Shown: positions 13,570 through 23,087 of the stretch, piece after piece | How positions within the stretch are numbered: the first letter of the stretch is position 1 | Layout: each line of letters starts with the position of its first letter | Source of the DNA: Octopus vulgaris | Taxonomy: Eukaryota | Assembly (NCBI GenBank): GCA_951406725.2 | Contig: OX597823.1 | Coordinates: 92,194,001 to 92,258,000, forward strand | DNA: 64,000 nt | Direction: 5' to 3' | Position numbers and translations under genes: made by a program | Notes under the pieces: generated by a model | Databases searched by the model: none | Told to the model about the DNA's origin: nothing | Seen by the model: the letters and a program-made list of their open reading frames with translations, nothing else

Positions 13570-13770
13570 AACCATGTGTTTATCGTTGGCGATTTTCTTC
13601 CTCCGTCTCCCCTTCCTTTGAACTTTCCTCTGTATCTGACGAAGAGCTTAGCGCGAAACGTTGATTCCTTTTTCTTTCCTTTCCTGAGCGTCTGATAATA
13701 CAGTACTTGTACTACGTACTCGCGTTATTGCTTTTTTTTCTTGTTTCTTCTTCTTTGTTTGGATTCACTA
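13570..13770 (+). mobile_element. PLE pLTR remnant with decayed hammerhead (CTGACGA at 13636)
   Basis: CTGACGA-A-GAGC-TTA-GCGC-GAAACGTT followed by TTCCTGAGCG as in the 12145 family; stem I degenerate. Confidence 0.55.
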
Positions 13771-13824
13771 TATATATATATATACATACTTACATAAATA
13801 TATATATACATAATACATTCAAAT

Positions 13825-13851
<27 letters not shown>

Positions 13852-13856
<5 letters not shown>

Positions 13857-14349
13857 ATAAAAGGCTTCCAAATAAGGAAGCGTAGTGCTAGAAAAACAAA
13901 AAAGGGATAAATTCATGAAAGGAATGAAAATTAAAAACATTTACCATCTCAGCTATATCCCAGACCGAACGGTTTCTACCTATTTGTTAGCAAACACACA
14001 GAATAGATTTGCCAGGCCAGTTTCTTCAGTAGGAAGCCTTCATAATCCTAGACGCACAGACTGTTAGAAGCACATGTAGATCTAACGGTTTGCATATCCT
14101 AACTTTTCAAACCTCTGCGCAGACGCAAATCATACCCGGCGACAAAGAAGATGCCGGTAAAAAATTTACGAACAAATTTATCAAGCAATATTTAAACATA
14201 ATCAAATAGGGTAATAAAATAAATTATTATTACCAGTGGCCTAGCACAAAAGACGAATTAGTCATTAGACTATATATTTTTCGTATAGAAATATAATAAA
14301 AGGCTTCCAAATAAGGAAGCGTAGTGCTAGAAACACAAAAAGGGATAAA

Positions 14350-14354
<5 letters not shown>
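13852..14354 (-). mobile_element. retrozyme-like / PLE non-autonomous unit, 439-bp period with ~64-bp terminal redundancy
   Basis: Direct repeat 13852-13916 and 14291-14354; internal hammerhead; both ends in (TA)n; no supportable coding ORF. Confidence 0.7.
13958..14034 (-). ncRNA. type I hammerhead ribozyme with elongated stem II
   Basis: UCCUA-CUGAAGA...[UGGCAAAU/GUUUGCUA hairpin]...GAAA-CC(GUUC)GG-UC^UGGGA; base of stem II imperfect. Confidence 0.65.
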
Positions 14355-14402
<48 letters not shown>

Positions 14403-14530
14403 GGGTGTGTGTGCCTTGGCATGAATGCATGTATGTATCTATGAACATATGTTCGTATATATATCTATACTTGTATATATATACATATATACATATATAT
14501 ATATACATATATATATGCATATATATATAC

Positions 14531-14588
<58 letters not shown>

Positions 14589-14639
14589 ATGCATGCAAGT
14601 ATGTAGATATATATCAATCACAGCTTTATCTGTTTGAGG

Positions 14640-15250
14640 TTGTAGAATTCAATTGCATATCCGTTATGAAAAACCTGTTCACCATCACATACGAATTACG
14701 TTGCTGCATACAGTTTATAAAGACTTGTTAAATTTAAAAATTGAATCTGTGAAACAAATTTGGGAAGTTACTATTTTGATGTGGATTCCTGAAAGTGGGC
14801 GGCCTTTAGCAATTATGAATGATGGAACTACTCACTCAACGGAAGAATTGCTGCTCAAAGATCAAAACATTTCTGTCATATGGAATATTGTCCATAGGCC
14901 GTAATATTGTACAACCCATTTTGCTTGTTCATCTAGGCATGCAAAAAGTGCATGCTAAATGAGTGCTACAAATTTTGTTAGCAGAACAAAAGAATAATCA
15001 AGTTGATTTTTTTCACAGGAATGCTTGGGCTTCTTGTTGCAGAAATTGAATTATATGAATGTGTGTTCATTGGAGATAAAACGGGGCACAAGTGATACTC
15101 TAAAGAATGAAGATGTCCAAATAGTCCTTCAGCAAATAGAGTCCTGTATAACAAGAATTTATTAGGGGAAATCGATGTTAGTTCTGAAGGATGAGGAAGA
15201 ATTGCCATTAATATGCAACTTACCTAAGAGTGTATCCGGTGTATATACAA
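14640..15250 (+). pseudogene. possible highly decayed hAT-type transposase fragment
   Basis: WIPESGRPLAIMND resembles the hAT WIAxxxRPxxIVED motif; many stops. Confidence 0.3.
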
Positions 15251-15413
15251 ATCCCACAATGGAGGCTTTACGAGTTATTTTGCATCACTTGAAATAAAAG
15301 ATCGCACGACATCTCACCATACATACTTACAAAAGGAAGCAGTATTTAATATGTTGGCGTTAATGATGTTAATATACGAGTTTCACCGACTGGAGAATTT
15401 TTTATGTCATATA

Positions 15414-15960
15414 CACAGATATGCAGGAAGTAAATAGACACCTTTAATTTTCAAAAATTGGTTGAAGGAGATGTTTTCTTCTAGTTGCTCGTCCATAATA
15501 CCCAAGGTTATGCAGATATGTAACACACGTTCTTGGACTAACATCTAGCTACTTTTCAATGTCACAAGTCTTCGAACGTGGTTCGTTTTCCATAATTCTC
15601 TTCAAATAGCAAAGCTTCCTTTCCGAGGGCCCAGGTCGGCCGAGACAAGAATCTGTTGATTCTTTCCTTGGCATTTTAATTTCACTATAATTCTATTAAC
15701 AATAGCAAGAGGAATTTGAAGATTTTCGGCAATTTTTCTTTGGCTAAGTCCAACAATACGACCTCTTTGAAAATCTGACAGTTCTGCTGAAGTTTTTGTA
15801 CGTGGCATGGTTACTCTTCGCAAATATTTAATATTATGGTACCTGGAATAAAAAAAAGAATAATTACATTGTAAATTCTACACCGCTGAAAGCATATTGA
15901 GATGCTTAGATGAGAAATTTTGAAAATTAAATGTGTCTATTTACTTCCTGCATGTGTGTG
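15414..15960 (-). mobile_element. internally deleted Tc1-like transposon
   Basis: ~43-bp TIRs CACAGATATGCAGGAAGTAAATAGACAC..., TA flanks, ORF remnant MPRTKTSAELSDFQRGRIVG (Tc1 N-terminal HTH). Confidence 0.85.
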
Positions 15961-16204
15961 TATACTTAAATTGGGCAGTCATGAAATAATACAACGTTCA
16001 CAATAGCGACTATTTTAATGTGAGGATTTTAACATGTGCCAAAGAAAATCCGAAAGTAAAGTGACTTTTAGGGATAGTATTATAAATAAGATTAACCAAA
16101 CCCTCACTGATGATTACGTGATGCATCAGGCAGCTCTAAATGATTCTGGCATTTTACTGCCAGATTTCCGTCAATAATTTTCCGAAATCACATATTTAAT
16201 ACAT

Positions 16205-16672
16205 ATTATCATCATTGTTCGACCGTGGTCGAGACAATGGAATTTACTATGCTACGCCAGACTTCACGGCCCATCATAGCATTACAGAGGTCCTGTTGCT
16301 GGATGCCTGTTTCCCTGGATATTAGATCAGGGTAGGAGAGTGTGCGCCCTCTGGTATCGCCAGTAGATGGCTTCCAGAGGAGAAGAGTAGAAATTACCTC
16401 GTGTTCAGCTCTATAACAATGTCCAGTAAACTGGACTCTCCTATCTTTCACAAGAGATGATACAGGTGGTAGTTTCCCATATATTTGTACTTTGGTTGGA
16501 TGAGGCTTCCACGAGAGATTTTGAGATCTCATAAGGAGGCGAGTGTAAGTTCCATCCAACCGCCTCTCAAGCTTCTTTGATAACGTCCAGGTTTCTGAGC
16601 CATATAGTAGAATTGGTTCGACTGTGGCTTTGAAGATTTTAAGTTTGAAATCCCTACTTAGATTTGATGACC
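16205..16672 (-). mobile_element. RTE-clade LINE 3' fragment
   Basis: LLYGSETW upstream, then DGTYTRLLM...RRVQFTGHCYR...LLWKP; ends in a (TGA)n tail. Confidence 0.85.
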
Positions 16673-17408
16673 ATCAAATCTAAGTAGAGATGTAATACAT
16701 AATTGCTTCCCTGTGACACAAAGAAGTGATGAAGAAGAAAATTACACCACACCCGTATTAAAACATATTTTAAACAAATACATGTTATTAATATGATGAT
16801 GTTCGTCTGAAATTATACGAATTATTTTAAATAAAATACAAGACACTTCCATAAAGTCACACTTGTATTCTGGGTATTTCTTCCACGCACTAGTGATTTT
16901 TGGTGGTCACGTTTGCTTTTAAGATTGTTTAATCTTCTCAGTACACATTGCTCTTTGTCAATGGTAATATCTCCGTAAACAACCTGTAGCTTTCTCTGAA
17001 TGTCTGATAACCTCTACCCCTTCTTCATCAGAAAGCAGTGACGGATTGTTTTTGCTGGAATCTGACTACTTGACCGCAGTGTAGAAAAACGAGAAGAGCA
17101 GGTAATATTGAATGAGATTTATTCTACCAGCATGTGAAAAGTGAATGACTCATGATAATAACAAAAGTGCTATACTAACGTTCGCATTACTTCTTGTAGA
17201 CCGTTTTAAAAATATAAGTCATGAATTCCTAAAGATGATTTAAAAATATAAATAGGTTATTGGTTATGCTTCTAGCACTCCTCATGAACCATGGGACAAC
17301 ACTTATTGATGAATTCACTATAAAGTAAACTACGGAACTGAATTTTGGACACGTAAGTATTCAATAATGGAATAACAGATGATGTGTTGAAAACAACGGG
17401 ACATATCA

Positions 17409-17790
17409 TATGTATATATATAAAGCTGAAGTTGTCTGTGTATGGCAGGTTTGGTAGCCTTCAACTGAAACTATCTCCTCCGAGACCCTGCGGCGAAAGT
17501 TGACCAAACTTGAGAGAATGATAGAAAAAGGTTTGCACTACCTTCCGTAGAAGAAAAAATCAAATCGGACCATGTTAACACTAAAAATTATTTACATCAA
17601 AAAGGTGCTTTTTTTCTATGAAAATCCCTATTTTTTTACGATTTTTTGACTGCTGTATCGCCATTTTTCGGTGTATTTCAACCAGAAAAATGTTCAATTA
17701 AAGAGAATAACAATGCAAAATTTTACTCTTCAAGAATTCCAATTCTAAAGGGTCGAAACAAACCCTAGCAACGCCGGGCGATACTGCTAG
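17409..17790 (+). mobile_element. Helitron-type non-autonomous element
   Basis: Starts TATATATAAAG; ends with hairpin CCCTAGCAACGCCGGG then CTAG followed by T; no TSD. Confidence 0.6.
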
Positions 17791-19002
17791 TAATATATAT
17801 AAATGAAACGCTTGAATTATCACAATTATGTTGGGACTCATTTCTAGCGACATATTCTGAATGCATGCCTTACGTCAATCGTGATTTGAGAATATAGCAC
17901 TGATGGATTTGAGAATAGGCAAGGTAACAATTTAAATAATTAATGGATACAACGGTAGGAACATTCACAAAGAAATTCAGTTTCGAGATTTAGACAGAAA
18001 AATATATTTGGACCAGTTGACAAAATATCAAAATGTAAAACATGAAAAACGAATTGATGGATTCTTAGATATACTCATGTGATTAGGAGGCTGCCATCAC
18101 AAAGGTCTATGTTAAATTGTTACACTTGTTTGGCTAATTAACTTTAAATTAAAAATTCTAAACTAAATTGAGAACTCTATGCACTTAGGCAGATGTAAGA
18201 CTGACATGTACATAGATCAGTCACCAATCAGCAATTTAATACAGTGAACAGCACAGTAACCAACGCCATCTTGATTTAAATGAGACCTTTGGTAGTTTAC
18301 AGTGAGAAATTGATTTTCATATTTTAAAAATTCGTCCTTCTAAAGCTTAGTATATACATCGTTTAATGTTATCAGCGCATGTCCATAATACACGAACATT
18401 CTAGAAATTCAATGACACACTAATACCCAGGAAAAGTAAGGCAAGAGAAATTACAGGAATATGTACTTAGTTATGGCGAGAATCGAAATCCTGACCTCGC
18501 GATCGTATGTGCAACGCACTCACCACTAGGCCATGCACCCATAAATTACATACATAATTTATATAAATTACTTACTTAAATATGTAATTTAATTCCATAT
18601 ATTGTACAGGTGCCAGAATATTTTCCTTGGGTGTAAGATGGGCACAGCCTACATATTCCGTATCACGGGTTCCACGACGGATTATAACGTCTCTACTTCC
18701 GGAATGTCTATACATTTTAACTTCTCACAAACATTAAATATAATGATTTCATTAAATATAATGATTTAGGCCAGCAATTCCGAGTTTTCAAGTCAAATAT
18801 ATCGACTCCAGTGCTCAACCGTTTCTTATTGTATCGGCTCCGAAAGAATGACAGGCAATGTGGGTTAGGGGGATTTTAATGTGTCAACGTAACCTCGGGG
18901 GAATTTAATCTGAGAACGCAAATACAGAATTTTGTCCGGCGTGCTCGTCGTCTTACAATCTTTAAATACATGAACATCCTGTAATTTTCTAGAATTTTAT
19001 TA

Positions 19003-19380
19003 CAGGGTGATTCAAAAGTCTCCATACATAGAAAAAACTTATTTGTTTTTATAAGAAACAGTTTATAAGATCCTCTAGATCCCCTGATCTGACCCCTCTT
19101 GATTTCTATCTTTGGGGGTATTTTAAAGGGAAGGTGTGTCGCGTAAAGATAAAAGACCTAAATCATTTGAAGGAAAGCATCACCAACTCCTTTGCACACG
19201 TATCACCAGATGGTGCTATTACAAGTTCACAATGAGTTGGGTCAACGTAATGCAATGTGTATTCAAACAATGGTAACCATATAGAGTCTGTTAAATAAAA
19301 GAAAAAAAACTGTCCTTATAAATTATTTCTTACAAAAAAGATAAATTCTTCCTATGTATGGCGACTTTTCAATCACGCTG
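19003..19380 (+). mobile_element. internally deleted Tc1/mariner-superfamily element
   Basis: TIRs CAGGGTGATTCAAAAGTCTCCATACATA and TATGTATGGCGACTTTTCAATCACGCTG, TA flanks; remnant RSPDLTPLDFYLWGYFKGKV. Confidence 0.85.
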
Positions 19381-20374
19381 TATAATTGCTGACGACGAAT
19401 GCCGTCGCAGAGTTCTCTGGATTGCTAAAACTTGTAAACATGTTACTCAAGTTGCAAATTTATTATTACTGCGGTGTTTTGTTAAGTATAATCGTGGGAA
19501 TCATTCCTGTGCGGGGAGTGCTAGAGATAATGAGATGCATAAATCAGTTGGGAATTTAAAAGAGTAAATTCACAATTAATGGATGTTTTCGTCAAGAAAG
19601 ATGGCGTAATTGTCTCTGTTTATCTATTTTTACATGGGAGGTGGTCATCGTCGTGTGATGGACTGACTGATAATTTTGACTAAGCATGTACTGAAAGATA
19701 ATCTTGAATAAACATGTACTTTATGTTCTGTTGAATCAGAGAGAGAGTGGGGGGAGAAGAAGAAAGAGAGATGGTAAGAGAGAGCCGAAAAAGGAGAAAG
19801 GATGATAAAGAGAGAGAGAGGAGCGTAGAGATACTAAGAGTTGTTACGGAGATTCAGAGAGATGATTGAAAGAGATTGTGCGCGCAACAAGACACTAAAA
19901 GTTAGATATTGACGGCATGGGGAAACAGCCAGTCAGAGTTCAAGTGGCATCAAAGTATGGTCAGTGTGTGATTTATTCTTAAGGTCAAAGAATAGAAGAC
20001 ATCGATTACGAATCCTTTCGTGTAATGTTTGAATACAACAATGTGAGATAAATAGTCCAATATCAATAGGAAATCTGTTTTGATACCTTGCTGCGAATAA
20101 CACAAGGATATCCTGTCACAGTGAATATGATCTTGATAAACTACATTGTTACAATAGTTCGTAGAGAGGCAAAACTGACACATTGCCGAACAACCGCCTG
20201 ATTAATTTGGCGTTCAAATTCACTTCAGTAATATTTTCTGGTAAGAAAACAAGGACTACCACTCATCCAACTCCCTAGTTTAAAGAAATGAGCGACTGGT
20301 TCTTATATATATATATATATATTAAAAGACACTAATTGTTTTTTACTTAATGTATATTTACTGTTTGCATAGTA

Positions 20375-20675
20375 CTGTGGACTAGTGGTTAGAGTAGCGG
20401 ATTCGCGGCTGAGGGATCGCGGGTTCGAATATCAGACTGGGCGATGTGTGTGCTTCTGAGCGAAACACCTAAGCTCCACGCGGCTCAGGCAGAAGGGAAT
20501 GGCGAACCTCTGCTAACCCTTTCTCTACAAATAACTTTATCTCACTCTTTCTTCCTGCATTTAGCAGCTCACCTCTTACGGACTGGTGTCCCGCCCTGGT
20601 GGGGAGCCTATACGCCACTGAGACTGGGAAACCCGCGCTTGTGAACCAGGTATGGTTCGAGAAACAAAAACCAAC
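20375..20675 (+). mobile_element. tRNA(Arg)-like SINE with Meta/V-like central domain
   Basis: A box TGGACTAGTGG, B box GGTTCGAAT, GGACTGGTGTCCCGCCCTGG central motif; related to 56030-56408. Confidence 0.7.
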
Positions 20676-20714
20676 GACCAATGGTACCAAAAAACCGTAA
20701 AGAAGTACCATTTG

Positions 20715-21005
20715 TTGGATGTTGGAGTGGTGTCCTCATCTTGATTGTTGCTTTCACTATGTTTCGGTTGTTTTACGCTCCAGCCTTCATCAATCTGACA
20801 CTGCCTACGAGCATAGCGTAATATATGAAGGCTCTGAAATGCATTACAGTAATCTAGAGGTTCTAAGTTCAATCCCGGGCAAGGAACCATGGTGAACTAC
20901 AAGACACCTAAAAAAGGCTGGAGCGTATGCAGCTGAAACGTAATGAAAAGTGCAATGAAAACGAGGAAACTAATCCGACTAATCCCTCATCTCAGAAATA
21001 TACAA
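20715..21005 (+). mobile_element. decayed tRNA-headed hammerhead element with inverted 5' arm
   Basis: Inverted arm 20715-20792, tRNA-like 20810-20885 (AAGTTCAATCCC), direct arm GACACCTAAAAAAGGCTGGAGCGTATGCAGCTGAAACG. Confidence 0.6.
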
Positions 21006-21222
21006 TTGTAGTATCCTCATTGTTGATGGCTTTTGCTACTTTAGCAATAAATACAACGGAGACTAGAATGTAGAGTACAGTTTCAGATCACCGGTTCTCT
21101 ACATGCAAAGACGATGGGTTCTCTACATTTTAAGATGCACTAGTTTCCTACTTAATGTAGTATATACTTAGCATTTGATTAGTATCATACTCGTGTTGAT
21201 ATGTTTGCTAAACAACAAATAT

Positions 21223-21426
21223 TTCTTTCTGTATTTAAGAGATGATGAATTACGTACGTTATTTACATTTGACGGATATTTGTCCTCATCTTGTTTCTTG
21301 TTAACACAACGTTTCAGCCGCTATACCCTCCAGCCTTCATCGGGTATCTTGGGGTTAAGGGCGCGGGCTACTAACCTCAAGATTCCGAGTTTGATTCCAG
21401 GAAGTGACCTGAATAATAGTAATAAC

Positions 21427-21496
<70 letters not shown>

Positions 21497-21652
21497 TTAA
21501 CATTAATAATAATAATAGCATCGAAAAATACCTTAGGAATGAGAATCCAGGTCCGAAATTTCCCCAAGACACCTGATGAAGGCTGGTGGGTATATCAGCC
21601 GAAACGTTGTGTAAACGTTGAGGACAAATATCCGTCAAATGTAAATAATGTA
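21223..21652 (+). mobile_element. tRNA-headed, hammerhead-tailed SINE-like element with inverted pLTR
   Basis: Inverted arm 21223-21354, tRNA-like 21353-21410, (AAT)n, direct arm 21562-21652; AACAAATAT at 21214-21222 and 21653-21661. Confidence 0.8.
21568..21612 (+). ncRNA. minimal type I hammerhead ribozyme
   Basis: ACAC-CUGAUGA-A-GGCUG(GUGGGUAUAU)CAGCC-GAAA-CG-UU^GUGU; a mutated antisense copy lies at 21303-21348. Confidence 0.8.
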
Positions 21653-21665
21653 AACAAATATATCG

Positions 21666-21884
21666 TTTTCTACTCAAGGCAGAAGGACCGAAATTATGGG
21701 GGGAGCGGGTCAGTCGATTAGATTGACCCCAGTACGCAACTGGTAGTTAGTTTATCGACCCCGAAAGGATGAAAGGCAAAGTCGACGTCGGCGGAATTTG
21801 AACTCAGAACGTAACGGCAGACGAAATACGGCTACGCATTTCGCCCGGTGTGCTAACGTTTCTGCCAGCTCACCACCTTAAGCA
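21666..21884 (-). mobile_element. Nin-type tRNA SINE, tail A, 13-bp TSD
   Basis: AACAAATATATCG flanks both ends; full head, core and tail. Confidence 0.88.
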
Positions 21885-22084
21885 ACAAATATATCGGTGA
21901 TTTTCATGTAAACTAAAGCGTCATCCATAATATTTAGATATTATTTTGCTGCATAAAAGTGTGAAAAAATTAATACAAATCTATCGCTTCATTGAAATTA
22001 ATGATTTGTGATAGGAGGGATTAACAGATAAGCAGATCAAAGCGCATGTTAAGTAGCAGTATTTAGTTATTATATATACTCTTT

Positions 22085-22475
22085 TACTTGTTTCAGTCAT
22101 TTGACTGCACCATGCTGGAGCACCGCCTTTAGTCGAGCCAATCGACCCCGGGACTTATTCTTTGTAAGCCCAGTACTTATTCTATCGGTCTCTTTTGCCG
22201 AACTGCTAAGTGACGGGGACGTAAACACACCAGCATCGGTTGTCAAGCAATGCTAGGGGGACAAACACAGACACACAAACATATACACACACATATATAT
22301 ATGCATATATACGACAGGCTTCTTTCAGTTTCCGTCTACCAAATCAACTCACAAGGCATTGGTCGGCCCGGGGCTATAGCAGAGGACACTTGCCCAAGAT
22401 GCCACGCAGTGGGACTGAACCCGGAACCATGTGGTTGGTTAGCAAGCTACTTACCACACAGCCACTCCTGCGCCT
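22085..22475 (-). mobile_element. CORE-like tRNA SINE, full length
   Basis: Reverse complement AGGCGCAGGAGTGGCTGTGTGG...GGGTTCAGTCCC...GGCATCTTGGGCAAGT. Confidence 0.88.
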
Positions 22476-22618
22476 TTCTTCGTTCAAATCTGCCACCACT
22501 CAGTTTTCCGATGCCCCAATCCGTAGACTATAAAATATCAGTCATAAGCTCACCCCAAAATTCTTGACATCGTACCTATATGACACCTCCTTCTAAAGGT
22601 TATATCCCTTATTGATAT

Positions 22619-22820
22619 CAAGGCAGAGAAATGGCAGAACCGTTAACACGCTGGGTAACATGCTTAGCGGCATTTAGTCGGTCTTTACGTTCTAAGTTCA
22701 ATTCCTCCGAAGTTGACTTTACATTCCAACCATTCTGTCTGTAAATAAGTACCATTTGAGCATTAGGGTCGATGTAATCAACTTAATTCATTCCACGAAA
22801 ATGCTGGCCAAAATTTGATT
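22619..22820 (+). mobile_element. old Nin-type SINE
   Basis: Degenerate head and core. Confidence 0.65.
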
Positions 22821-23024
22821 CTGTCATTACCCATTGATTTGTGTGTGTATGAGTATGTATGCCAGCATAGTTTTAAGTAAATAAATACATATGTATACAC
22901 ATACACACATACACACACATATATGGCAGCCAAAACTTTTTTCTGCAAAATAGGGGTAGTGTATCCTGTTCATGCTATATTATTAGCATTATCCTGCCTT
23001 TGAGAATTAAAAAAATTACTTCTG

Positions 23025-23077
<53 letters not shown>

Positions 23078-23087
<10 letters not shown>

